Positions 10,534-21,770 of a DNA stretch of 64,000 nt are shown here, in pieces; position 1 is the stretch's first letter; each line of letters starts with the position of its first letter. The position numbers and the translations under genes are program-made. A model generated the notes under the pieces. The model had not been told where the DNA came from, searched no databases, and saw only the letters and a program-made list of their open reading frames with translations. The stretch comes from Rebecca billardiae RCC1528 (lineage: Eukaryota > Protista > Haptophyta): NCBI GenBank assembly GCA_965240325.2, contig OZ251238.1, forward strand, positions 1,178,001-1,242,000, in the 5' to 3' direction.

Positions 10534-10904
10534 GCTGGCGTGCTGTCGCAGTGTCGCGTCGACCACGATGGGGTGGATGCCCGTTGGTCGAACGCGCAAT
10601 AGCGGCAAAAAAGAAATGCGATCGCAGTCTCGTCCGGTGTCTCGGACGGAATCTCGCGCCCGCGCACAGTTTTGTGCGGCCGCACGACGACCGGGGCGGC
10701 CCGGGCAAAGCGGCGCTGCCCCAAAGCAGCTTACCCGGGTGCCCTGCTGCCCAGCCGACGGTGAGGCAAGAAGCTGCTGAACCTGTGGTGCGCTGTGCTG
10801 CACGCTTAGAGCCGAGCAAGCTCTCGGCCCGTGGGCGTCGGCCGCGCCGAGGCGTGCGGGGTGGGCCTGCCCGCCGAGGCGCGCGCGAGGGCCGCGACCA
10901 CCCC

Positions 10905-13192
10905 ATGCCCCACCTCGCCCCCGAGGCCGCGCCCGTCGGCGACGCGGCGTGGCCCGCGCGGCGCGCGCACGGCGGGGGCAACGAGAGCCCGCCCGCGCGC
11001 GCCGGGCTGCTGTGCTGCTTCCCCGCGCCGGGCGCGAGCAGCGTGCGCCGCGCGTCGGTGCACGAGCGCGACGAGCCCGCGCGGCGCACGAGCGAGGCCG
11101 CCTCCGACGCCGGCCGCCCCGCCGAGCCCGCGGACTGGTGGGATGCGCTTGAGCTCAGACGGCGGGAGCCCGCAGAGGCGTGGGCGTCGTTCCGCGCGAT
11201 GGAGGTGGTGGGCATGCCGAACGTGGGGAACACGTGCTTCATGAACGTGGCGCTGCAGTGCCTCCTCGCCACCTCGCCGCTCACCACCCACTTCCTCTCG
11301 GGCGCGTGGCGCGACGAGCTGAACCGCTCAAACCCGCTCGGCACCGGAGGCGAGCTGGCGGACGCGTACACTCGGCTGATCGCGACGCTGTGGCCGGGCG
11401 CGCTGGGGATCCGCGCGAGCTCCCCGGCGGGGTCGGAGGCGGCCGCCGCCGCGCCCGCCGTGCTCAGACGGCGCACCACGCGCGACGCCGTCCTCTGGTT
11501 CAAGCGGAGGCTCGAGCGGCACCACGCGCAGTTCCGAGGCGCGCGCCAGCACGACGCGCAGGAGCTGGCATCCACGCTGCTCGACGCGCTGCACGAGGAC
11601 CTGAACCGGTGCACGGAGAAGCCGTACATCGAGGACGTGGAGTGCCTCGACGGCGAGGTGCGCGCCGCGCAGCCGCCGCGCGCCCGAGGCACACCGCGCG
11701 CGCGCCGCCGCGCGCGCGCGCGGCTCCGGCTGACGCGCGCGCTCGGCGCGCGCCCCCCGCGCCGCGCCGCGCGCCCCCGCCGCTTCGCTCGCCGCGGCGC
11801 AGCGCGAGGAGGAGATCGCCGCGGAGGCGTGGGGGAACTACCTCCAGCGCAACCGCTCGATCATCGTCGACCTCTTCCAGGGCCAGCTGCGCTCCACCGT
11901 CACCTGCGACTCGTGCCGGCGCTCGTCGACGCGCTTCGACCCGTGCATGTGGTTGTCAGTTCCGCTGCCCGCGCGCGAGCCGGAGCCTGGGTGCGCGGGC
12001 TGTCTGCCGGGGTCGGGCCGGCGGGAGGAGGGCGAGGGGCTCGAGCTGGCGGAGTGCATGCAGGCGTTCTGCGCCGAGGAGACGCTCTCCGAGGACAACC
12101 ACTGGTGCTGCCCGCACTGCAAGCAGATGCGGTGCGCAGCCGCGCGCAGCCGCGCGCAGCCGCGCGCAGCCGCGCGCAGCCGCGCGGCCGCGCGCCACCG
12201 CGGACACTGGGGGGGGGGGAAGCGCGCGCGCGCGCACGGCTGCTACACGGCTGCGCCGCTCACGCGCGCGCGCGCGCGCCCGGCCGCGCGCGCCCGGCCG
12301 CAGCGGCGCGTCCAAGCGCCTCTCGCTGTACAAGCTGCCCCCCGTCCTCATGATCCACCTCAAGCGGTACAACACGCGCGCACACGGCCGTCACGCCTCC
12401 AAGCGCAACGACCCGGTCCGATTTCCGCTCGAGCGCGCTGACTTCTCCGGACTGGTGGGGGGCCCGGCGGCGCGGACGCCGTCGGTCGCGACGGCGGTGG
12501 GCACGCCGACGACGTACTCGCTGTACGCCGTCGTGCGCCACAGCGGCTCCCTGTACCACGGCCACTACACCGCGACCGTCGCGCGTAACGGCTTTTGGTA
12601 CGAGTGTAACGACGAACGCGTGCGGCCCGTGTCTCGCGAGCACGTGGCCTCGGCCGAGGCGGCGCGCACGGCGTACCTGCTCTTCTACATGCGCGACACG
12701 GCGGCGCTCGCGGGCGCCGCCGCGCCGCCCGCCGGCGACGCGCCCGCCTCGAGCCGCGAGCCGCCGCGCCCCGCGCCGCCCGTCGACGCCGTGATGCGGG
12801 TGCCGCGCCAGTCGCTGTCCGCGCCGCAGCACTGGCCGTTCCCGCTCGAGCTCGTGCCGAGCCGTTTCCTGGAAAGTTCCGGCGGGAAGAAGGGCGGAAG
12901 GGGCAGCAGCATGGGGCGCGGCCGCGCGTCGTCCGCGGGCAGCGAGCGCGAGGGCAGGCGGCGCGCCGGCGCCGACGACCTCCGCCGCTCCACCGGCGGT
13001 GGCGGTGCCAGCTCGGTCGTCGCGTCGGACGTGACTCACCCGACCTCCGTGGAGCTGCAGGCGATGGGCGGCGGCGCGGCGCGCGGGCTGCGCGGCGGCG
13101 GGACGGGGACGAGCTCGCCGGCGACGCACAGCGCCAAGGCGATGCGTGGCGGCGGCGGCGGCTCGGCCGGCGGCGGCGCGCGGCGCACGTGA
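10905..13192 (+). CDS. Ubiquitin-specific protease (C19, USP4/8/15-like); exons 10905-11657, 11803-12131, 12304-13192 (~656 aa; start uncertain)
   Basis: Cys box GMPNVGNTCFMNVALQCL, QHDAQE, SIIVDLFQGQLRSTVTC, WCCPHCK, LMIHLKRY, His box YAVVRHSGSLYHGHYTA, WYECND. Removing GT-AG introns 11658-11802 and 12132-12303 (with CTGAC/CTCAC branch-like sites) restores the frame. Confidence 0.92.
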
Positions 13193-13999
13193 TGAGCCGC
13201 GCGTGCTCGGCTGGCGGCTGCTGCGTGCTGCGCGGCGGCAGCGCGCGCTCGGGTGCGCGCGCCTGCTCGCTGTACGGGGGAAGTCAACGGCGGCGCTCGT
13301 AACCGGGACCGTCCGACGGCCCGCGCCTGGCAGCGCGGCTTCCCTCATCTGTGCGCGTCAGGCTGCATGCTAAGGTGCAACGGTGGCGAGTCGCGGCCTG
13401 GTCGACGTGACTATTGCGACGGTACAGTATTGCCTCTGACTGAAATGGCAGTGTCTGTCGTGCATCTGTAGTCGGGTCGCTGGGCGGGTGACCAAGGGGT
13501 CGTAGGAATCGCTAGATAGCTCGACTTGTTGGTGCGATAAACACCGAAGGCTAGCTGGTGGCAGCTTATTACTCATAATCAGAAGATGCTGGCTCAAACA
13601 ACCAGAGGTCACACAGCGGCACACCTGACTTGCATCGTGCCCGGACCACGGGTGCGCGGTCCGGCAGTGGCACAGACTCACCGAGTGGACCGGATGTTCT
13701 TCCGGGTGAGGCGGCACTCGCCGCCGCAAGGGAAAGCGCATCAGCAGGCGGCTCCGAGTCGCAGCTGCATCGCGTAGGGCGGCCACACGCCCGCACTCAC
13801 ACCCAGCCGACGCGGCTGCTGCCGACAGCGCAGCGCCGGTCGGCAGGATGAATGCGGGCGGAGGGGCCGTCCGTTCCTGGCAATGCCTCATCCCTCTAAT
13901 CCCATGCAAGCCTCCGCTTAAGGCGGCAGGCAAGGCATAGGGTCTGCTCATCTCTATTCCATATGCTGATCATCAGCAGCTGGATAAGTGATATGGTTG

Positions 14000-14019
14000 A
14001 TTGGCTGACAGCCACGTCA
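14000..14019. promoter_or_regulatory. Putative reversed CCAAT box plus UPRE-like bZIP site (ATTGG-N7-CCACGTCA)
   Basis: TGATTGGCTG (reverse complement CAGCCAATCA) and CCACGTCA (reverse complement TGACGTGG) lie about 240 bp upstream of the RING-ligase ATG. Motif match only. Confidence 0.3.
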
Positions 14020-14253
14020 GCGGCGCCGTTGAGACCCATTTGAGATGGGCAGCGCAGCTGACTCTCAGTCAGGGGACCTGGTATTCAACGTCACACAACT
14101 GACCCAGATGCCTGATTAGTGGCTACGAACGAATCTGTTCGAGGACCGCCATCGTGCGTCAGCGTTGGTAGCCCATGAGCCCACCCTGTGTGGATCCGCC
14201 GCCTGCGAGTGAGTCTCAGAGCCAGGCGCTGGCGAGGCACTCGGCGCGCCGGC

Positions 14254-14739
14254 ATGGAGGGCTGGCGCGAGCCGGCGGAGGTGAGCGTGGGCGCGATCAA
14301 CCTGACCATCCTCGCGCTCTGCGCGCTCTTCATCCTCTGGGTCATCCGCCTCGCGCGCTCCGTCGTCCTCCTGGCCGACACGATCCAGGCGATGGCGGCG
14401 GAGCGCGCCGCGCTGGTCGAGGCGGTGACCTTCCACCCGGGGCTGCCGCTGCTCGACCTGATGTCGCGCAACACGATCTCGCACTTCTTGCGCATCGCCG
14501 CCGCCGCGATCGCGCCCGTCGACGTGCCCCGCTACGTCGACCCCGTGTCGGACGTTCGCGCAGAGCTCGTGCAGACGGGCGACGGCGCGGACCGCGCGCT
14601 TCGCCTCTCGTTCCGCTGCGCGACGGCGTGCAGCGTGCGGCTGTACTGGGGCGTGCGGGTCGACGCGATGCGTGAGCTGGAGCGCGCCGCCGTCGACATC
14701 GCCACCGGCCGCCACAGCGCCGCCTCGCACGGCGCGGGC

Positions 14740-14784
<45 letters not shown>

Positions 14785-17160
14785 GGCGGCGGCGGCAGCG
14801 GCGGTAGCGGCGGCGGCGGCGGTGGCGGCGGTGGCGGCGGTTTGCTCAGCGCACGCACGCGCCGGCTGCAGCAGGCAGTCGTCGGCCGCGCGTGGCGCAC
14901 GAGCGGCGGCGCGGGCGGCGGGCGCTGGCGCAGGCGAACGCTCGCGACCACCGGAGGCGGCATCGCTCTAGACTCTCGCAGCGTCGGCCAGAGCCGCCTG
15001 GCGACGAGCGCGGCCGCGGCCGGCGCGGACGACGGCGGCGGCGCGTCCGCCGCGCGCTCGAGCGAGGGCGAGGGCTCGGCGGCGCCGACGGCGGAGGCGG
15101 AGGCGGAGGCGCCGGAGGACGAGCCCGCGCCGCAGCACGGCGCGGACGCCGCGCTCGCCGCGCGCTGGGCGGCGCTACTTGAGCGCGATGCTTTTGTTCA
15201 CTGCTCGGCGGCGGTGAGGGCCGCCCCCGCCGCGGCCGGCGCGAGCGGCGGCGGCGCGGACGCGGGCGTGCACGTGCTCACGTTCGACGTGCCGCTGCCC
15301 TCGGAGCAGCGCGCGGGCGCGAGCGCCGCGGCCGAGCCGCCCCCCCTCTCGGCGCCTTGGCTGTCCACCTCGTCCCGAGCCGCGCCCGCGCCCGCGCTGC
15401 CGGCCGCGGGCGCGCACGCGGCCGAGCGCGGCGGCACCGGGGGGCTGCCTGTGTGGCTCGAGGCGTACTCGCCGCAGACGGCGGCGGTGTACCCGCTCGT
15501 GGTGCTCTTCTCGCAGTTCGGCGCGGCGGCGGGCGGCGCGGGCCGCGCGCCCGAGCCCGGCCCGCCCCCTTCACAGCCACTCAGCGCCATCCACCGCTGG
15601 AGGGGCGGCGGCGGGCTCGGCGGCGCCACGGGCCCGCCGCCGGCGGCGGCGGCGGCGGCGGCGTCGTCGTCCGCGCCGCAGCCACCGCCGGCGGCGGCAG
15701 GGGCGGCGGCGGCGGCGGCGGTGGGCGGCGGCGGCGCGAGCGGTGCGCTCGGCATCTCACCAGCTGAGATCTCACCAGCTCCCCTCGACGGCAGCCCCGC
15801 GCGGCCGCGCGCCGTCAACAGCGCGCCGCGCGCCGCGCCGTCCAAGCCCGCCCAGCCGGCGCTCGCCGATGCCGCGCTGGTGACAGCCTCGCTCGCAGTG
15901 TTCCACTTCAGGCGCGAGCGCGAGGCGGCGGGCGGCGGCGCCGGCGGGGCTGGCGGTGGAGCCCAGGCGGCCGGCGACGGCAGCGACGGCCCGGCCGCAG
16001 GCGGCGCGGGCTCCGCGCGCGAGCCCGGGCTGCAGGGCACGGAGCGGCGCGCGGCGAGCGCCCAAGCCGCCCCGGCCTCGGCGCGCGCGGCCGGCGCGCA
16101 GGCCGCGTGGGTGCCGGAGGCGGAGGCCGCGGCAGGCTCGGCAGCCGCGGCGCCGACGGAGGGGCGGGCGGAGCTGGCCGCGGAGGACTCGCCCCGCGAG
16201 CCGCCGCCCGCGCACCACCCGCCGCCAATCTCGCGCGCCGAGATCGTCGCCGTCCTCGCCGCGTCCGCGCCCGAGCTGGCGCACGCGTTTGTGCTCACGC
16301 CGAGGGGGCTGCACGCGGCGCAGGATATCTACGGGCTGGAGGAGGCGGAGGAGGCGGACGCGGACGCGGCGGGCGGCGCGGCGGCGGAGTGCATCGTCTG
16401 CCTCACTGCGAGCAAGGTGCGTGGCCCGCGCCGCCTGCCCCGGCGCGCGCGCGCGCGCGCGCACTGGGACGGCGCGCGCCCCGCCACGAGCCGTCAACGG
16501 CTCACACCGCGCGCCTGCCCACGCGCCCCGGCGCCCTCGCCTGCGCAGGAGGTGATGCTGCTGCCGTGCCGACACCTCTGCGTGTGCGCCGAATGCTTTG
16601 CGCATCTGGACAAGGTGCGCTGCCGCGCGCGCGCCTGCGCCCGAGCGCCGCCCGAGCGCGCGCGAGCGCGGCGGCAAAGGCGGCGGCGAGGGGCGGCCCC
16701 GCGGCGGCGGGCGCGCGAGGGGCAAGCTCGCAGCTCACAGCACGCCCCCCGGCTGCGCCGTGGCCGCGCGGCCGCGCCCGCCCGCCGCGCCGCGCAGTGC
16801 CCCGTGTGCCGCACGGAGTTCACGGCCTACATCCGGCTCAGCAGCAGCGAGGGCGGCGCCGCGGGCGCCGAGGCCGCGGCCGGTGTGGACGCGCACCCGG
16901 CGGACACGGCGGCGGGAAGCTCCGAGCCGGCGGCGGGTGCGGAGGAGCGGCCGGGCGGCACGGGCGGAGCCGCTGACGCCGAGCCGGCCGCGGTCACGCC
17001 GGCCGCCTTGACTGGCGAGGCCCCGGGCTCGGCGTCCCCGCTGCGCCGACGGTCGGGAGGGCAGGGAGCGGGCAGCGCGTACTGGGTGCGCGGACCCGCA
17101 GCCGCGGCCGAGAGCGCGGCGGCGGCGGGAAGGGCCAACCCAGCGCCGACCGTGGCCTGA
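14254..17160 (+). CDS. Membrane-anchored RING-HC E3 ligase, CGRRF1-like (also resembles MGRN1/LOG2); exons 14254-16416, 16549-16614, 16798-17160 (~863 aa)
   Basis: N-terminal TM (INLTILALCALFILWVI); blocks CSVRLYWGV, YPLVVLF, LAVFHF and QDIYGL. After removing introns 16417-16548 and 16615-16797 the RING reads CIVCLTASKEVMLLPCRHLCVCAECFAHLDKCPVCR. Confidence 0.85.
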
Positions 17161-17754
17161 GGCAGCCGCTGCTGCTGGGCCAATCGATTGCGCCGCCACC
17201 CGAATCACCATCACCGGCGAAAGACGAGATTGGCAGAGCGCGCGATGGTCGGTGATGGGCGGTGCGCGCGCTGCGCTGCTTCGCGGCGCCGCGGCGCGGC
17301 TGGCAGCTGCCGCTGCTGCCGGCCTCATCCGCTGCCTCTGACGCAGTGAACGACGCTCAGGCACCAAGCAAGGAGCGCCGCAGCGCATGGCCATGCCGGC
17401 AGCGCGTGCCGCGTGGGTGTGGCGCGCGCGGCGGTCGGAGCCCGATCGGCGATCCTAGGGAGCCTCCTGTTACACCGCGTGGCACCGACTACTGCGGCGG
17501 GGCCGCAGCGCCCGCAGCCGCAGGCCCGCAGGGCCGGGCCGCAGGCGTCGCGGGACTTGCGGCGCCAGTACAGTAGAGTCAGAGTATACTCACTCGATAT
17601 AGCAGCTAGACAATACTGACTCGGCGTCGCATATGATGCGCGCGCGCGCATATATATAAGCAGCAGTTCGTGCCAGCGTCTACGACTACTACACTGATGA
17701 GGCGTGCATGCGCTGTACTGTGCGTGAGACCGTCTGTCAACCGCCGCTCAGCAG

Positions 17755-17846
17755 TTATTATTACATATATATATATATATATATAGATAGATACGACTAT
17801 ATACTATATATATACTGCTACGACGCTACTATATGTATATATATAC
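17755..17846. repeat. Interrupted (TA)n microsatellite flanking the foldback-like element; a shorter (TA)n at 19555-19567 lies on the other side
   Basis: Visible TATATA runs in an otherwise very GC-rich sequence. Confidence 0.9.
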
Positions 17847-17853
17847 AGATAAT

Positions 17854-19546
17854 GTCAGCTGTATTGCCGTTTTGGAAAGTGTGGTCAGGTGAGTGAGGTG
17901 TATTGCCAAACGCACGTTTTGACTACCGTGGTCAGTTGTATTGCCGTTTTCCATGTTTGGGAATCACGTGTCAATCTTGTTGCCAACGTCGAATACTTGT
18001 GTCAGGTGTATTGCCGTGGATGATGGCCCAATACTTTGTCCAGCTGTATTGCCGTCGCGTAGTGTGGGTCAGTTGTGTTGCCGTTTGCGCATCTTTGATT
18101 CAGGTTTGTTGCCGCGATCGCCCACGCGCTGATGATGGCGCTGGCGCCCACGCGCCGCCGGCGTGCGCGGCGTGCCCTTGAGCAGGCCTAGCTGATCCCA
18201 GGCCAGAAGAGTGACGTTGAACGACGACGATCTCTGCCGGGGTAGCGCCGTGTTCCTCGACATCATCAAGCCGAACGACGACCTGAACTGTGGACCGGAA
18301 TCTGCACAAACGCTGCCGCATGCGCGCGCAGTGCAACACGCGCGTGCACCTCGGGCTACTCGCCGTCTACGCGGAGACGGGCGAGAATCCGTCGCGACTT
18401 CTATCGAATCGGCGTTGCTCCGTGCTCACTTCGACTCCGGGACCGTCAAGCGCGCAGTCGATGACATTGCGACGGCAGCGCATGCAGGTGCATGCGTGAA
18501 GCAGGGTGAGCGTGTGTTGCTGCGCCCCGATTCGCGGGAGTCGAACGTGCACGACGGGCGTGTGCTCTTCAACGGCCTCAAGGAGCTTGACCAACGCGAC
18601 GCGCGTCCCCCTCACTCCCTGCCATCGACTGTCATTCACACCGTGGCGATCAACCAACGCGCGTCGCTCTCGCTCGTGCAACACTGCTGGCGCGTGCCTT
18701 TTTGCGATTGTCATCACTCCAATAGCAGACTGCCCTGTGGCCAACCGTGTGCAGGTGGCTGACCGTGCGCCAGTCGCACTCGTCAACGCAGGCTGATTGG
18801 CCCGTGGAGGAGGAAGTCCAAGGCGTACTGCCAGCTGGGACACAACGCACCGACCGGCGAGCGGTGCGCCGCGCGCGCCTCGACGAGCCAGCAAGCAGGA
18901 GGGGCAGGCGACGCTTCCTGCTGCTGCTGGAACCCGAGTGGCAGGCTTGGCGAGCGCGGTCGCAGCTTGAGGCGGCGCGTGCAGCGGCATGGGACGCGAT
19001 GCGGCTCACGTGGCCGCTGAAGTAGCAGCAGTCCCGATGGCGCTGGCGGCCGGCCGCCGGCGGGCGGCAAGCGCGACGGCGACGGGAAGCGCCGACTGCT
19101 ACTGGAAGTCAAGATGAGCTACGCAGGCCGCATGATGATGGCATGTCGGTTGGTTGCAGTCCTGTATCCTGCATGCCGCGCGCAGGCAGTCGCAGCTCTG
19201 CACGCACGCGCACACGGGCTGCGCGAGTCTCTTGTCTGAGTGCGAGTCGTGCCCCAGCCACCAGCTGCTGGCGGCAATACAACTGACACATAGTTATGGA
19301 AAGGGCAATATTTCTGAGCAGACTATGTTCAAGCTCGAAAACGGCAATATTCGTGAACCAAGTAGTGTGAAAGGGTCATTGGTTTGAAACCAGTATTTGA
19401 GGGGCAATATTGTTGACACACTATCCAAAAGCGGCAATATTCTTGACCCATACTACTGAAAACGGCAATACAACTGACCACGGTAGTCATAACGTGCTTT
19501 TGGCAATACAACTGACCACACTATCCAAAGCGGCAATACAACTGAC
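17854..19546. mobile_element. 1.7-kb foldback-like TIR element with internally repetitive ends
   Basis: 17854-17951 is the reverse complement of 19458-19546 (few substitutions, one 9-bp insertion). The 16-bp motif GTCAGTTGTATTGCCG occurs about 8 times at the left end (17854-18114) and about 8 times inverted at the right end (19272-19546). Confidence 0.88.
18211..19025 (+). pseudogene. Degraded coding-like cargo inside the foldback-like element
   Basis: Short protein-like stretches in shifting frames (VFLDIIKPNDDLN; LRAHFDSG; NVHDGRVLFNGLKELD; LLLLEPEWQAWRAR...WDAMRLTWPLK) with no intact long ORF. Confidence 0.35.
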
Positions 19547-19779
19547 GTCGGCTCATATATATATATACGATCTGCAGCCGCTGGGGCGTGTTCACTGTGC
19601 GACGCGCGACTACTACTACTGCTATGACGACTACGACTACACCCGACATGAACATCGTGATCGTCACTACTGCTCTGTGCTCATGATGACGGCGTTTAGA
19701 TACTAGATAGACGGCACGCCGCGGATCGGCGCCGCGCCGCGACCGGATTGGGCCGGCGCGCTCCGCGAGTCGTCGACGG

Positions 19780-21048
19780 TCAGAGCAGCTGCATCACGGG
19801 CGGCAAGGTGCCCAAGCGCAATCGCTGCACCTCCGGCGCGTGCACCTGCGCCGCCCACTCCGCGTGGTGCTCCTCGATGTGCTCGGTCTCGAGCAGGTCG
19901 GCGAGCGCGGCCGACTCGAGAACGTCCGTCATCTCCAGGGCGTTCAGCCCGCCGCCCTCGCCCGCGACGTCCTCGGTGAGCTCGGGGTGGTAGTAGTGGT
20001 GCACGATCTTGCGCGGCGGCGGCTCGGCCCCGGCGTCGCCCGGCTTCACCGCGCCCGGCGGCACCTCGCCCTCGCCGCCCTCCTCGCCGCGCTTGCCCAA
20101 CGTCGGCGCTGTGACCAGCAGCGACGCGTTGACGATCACAATCGCGCCCGCGATCGACAGCTTGTGCGCCGGGGTCTTGAAGACGAGCACCTGGACGCAG
20201 AAGCTGAAGGCGATCTCGAGCGTGGCGAGCACGTTCACCGGGCCCGCCTCGATGCGCTGCAGCGCGATCGTCACCAGCGTCTGCGCCGCGAAGGAGATCA
20301 TCGCCGCGGCCCCGAGCGCCGCCCAGACGAGAGCGGGCACGGGCGGCGGAGCCAGCGGCTCGCGCGTGGCCGCGGCGACGAGCAGCGCGACGACGATCAT
20401 CGAGAAGCCGTACCAGCCGCTGGAGACGACGGCGGGCATGCGCGTCCCGATGTACCTCAGCAGCACGAACACGGTCGAGACCGCGAACGACGCGAGCAGC
20501 GCGGCCAGCAGCGCGAGCTTGCGCATGTACGCGCGCTGCGCGCCGAGGTCGCCTTCGCCCTCGTCCGACGAGCTCTCGGACTCGTCGTGCGCGATCAGGG
20601 CGACGCCGACGATGGCGCACATGGCCGATATGGCCTTTATCCGGCTCAGCTGCTCGCCGAGGAAGCACCACGCTGTGAGGCTCGTCCAGACGGGCGCCGT
20701 GAAGACTAGGGCGGTCGCTTCGCCGAGCGGCGCGTGCGAGTACGAGAAGAACATGAGCACGATCGCGCTGGCGCCGACGATCTCGCGGAGCACGACGATC
20801 GCGACGAAGCGCCACCCTTCCCACGCCTCCGTCCGGTAGCCGCAGAGCACGCGCCCGTGCCACTCACGGTGGCGCGCGACCATGGCTGACGCCGTCAGCA
20901 CGCGGCCGAGGCCGATCGTCGACGTGATGTGCGGCAGCGAGAGCGCGGAGGCGGAGGCGAAGTGCACGGTCGTGCTCTGGGTAGAGAAGAGGAGAGCCGA
21001 CAGGACGGCGTACAGCGCGCCGAGCGCGCGGTGCAGACGCTCGCCCAT
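19780..21048 (-). CDS. EamA/DMT-superfamily transporter (SLC35G-like), ~422 aa; alternative in-frame ATG at 21156
   Basis: About 10 hydrophobic segments in two EamA halves, with APLGEATALVFTAPVWTSLTAWCFLGE and ALQRIEAGPVNVLATLEIAFSF. Confidence 0.9.
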   Translation of the reverse strand: MGERLHRALGALYAVLSALLFSTQSTTVHFASASALSLPHITSTIGLGRVLTASAMVARHREWHGRVLCGYRTEAWEGWRFVAIVVLREIVGASAIVLMFFSYSHAPLGEATALVFTAPVWTSLTAWCFLGEQLSRIKAISAMCAIVGVALIAHDESESSSDEGEGDLGAQRAYMRKLALLAALLASFAVSTVFVLLRYIGTRMPAVVSSGWYGFSMIVVALLVAAATREPLAPPPVPALVWAALGAAAMISFAAQTLVTIALQRIEAGPVNVLATLEIAFSFCVQVLVFKTPAHKLSIAGAIVIVNASLLVTAPTLGKRGEEGGEGEVPPGAVKPGDAGAEPPPRKIVHHYYHPELTEDVAGEGGGLNALEMTDVLESAALADLLETEHIEEHHAEWAAQVHAPEVQRLRLGTLPPVMQLL

Positions 21049-21345
21049 GGCGCGCCGGGGCGCGCTCTCCACCGACGACGGGGGGCGCGCTCGCTGAGCC
21101 GCGCTTCCCGCGCAGAAGACGAGCGGAGCCTGATCGATTAATACGGATCTCGCCATTTCGCGTCTACTATTTGTCCGTCGTGATTCGGCGCGTGGGCGGC
21201 GTGGCGCAACCGCTTCTGTTTTCCACCGAGTGATGAGCGGCTTTTTGGCGACTCGCGGCTCTTGACCTCGGCGAGCTGACCGAGGTGCACTGCATCGGCC
21301 CCTGCGAATCACTTCACAAGGGCGCCGCTCGAAGTCGAAGCCGGC

Positions 21346-21403
21346 GTACCGCCGTACCGAACGAGTAGACAGTACAGTAGTCCGTACGGCAACAGTACCG
21401 TAC
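21346..21403. promoter_or_regulatory. Cluster of six GTAC palindromes upstream of the EamA gene
   Basis: GTAC at 21346, 21354, 21372, 21384, 21395 and 21400. Function is inferred only. Confidence 0.3.
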
Positions 21404-21722
21404 ACCTGAGGGCCAGGCCTTCTGTCTGATAAGCTACCCCAGTCATGCCGCTTGATACTCACACCTTCCCCAACCGACAGTGGGGCTCTACATTCCCTAC
21501 TACATCCTCATCCTGTCGGCGCGCTGTCGCATCGGCGCCCAGTCGGCGAGTTCGGACGACGACGTTTTGTGGACGACGGTGGGGCGAGGACGACGGGCGC
21601 TGGCGCGCCGCGAGGCGGCCGCAGCCCTCATCCAGGCCTCGCAGGCGGACGGCTGAACGAATTTTTCCGGCGGCGCTACCATCGGCGACGGCTTCATGGG
21701 CGGTGACAGTTGGCGGGCGTCA

Positions 21723-21770
21723 ATCTCGCCTGCCTGAGCTGTGTGCGTCTCTTATTCTTAGTATACTGTA
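21723..21770 (-). repeat. Dispersed repeat copy B (TACAGTATACTAAGAATAAGAGACGCACACAGCTCAGGCAGGCGAGAT on the minus strand)
   Basis: Matches 61218-61261 over 44 bp (1 substitution, 1 indel) and 4733-4757 over 25 bp. Confidence 0.85.

Noticed and set aside
13400-14100. Possible Tc1-like element starting TA-CAGT at ~13423
   Set aside because: No convincing matching inverted end was found.
17854-18114. CRISPR-like array (short repeats with unique spacers), mirrored at 19272-19546
   Set aside because: Repeats are only 16 bp and degenerate, spacers are ~14-23 bp, the two arrays are inverted copies of each other, there are no cas genes, and the context is eukaryotic.
4733-21770. Repeat copies A and B as TIRs of one 17-kb element
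   Set aside because: Copy A lacks the terminal 20 bp, no TSD is visible, and the interval holds ordinary intron-containing housekeeping genes.
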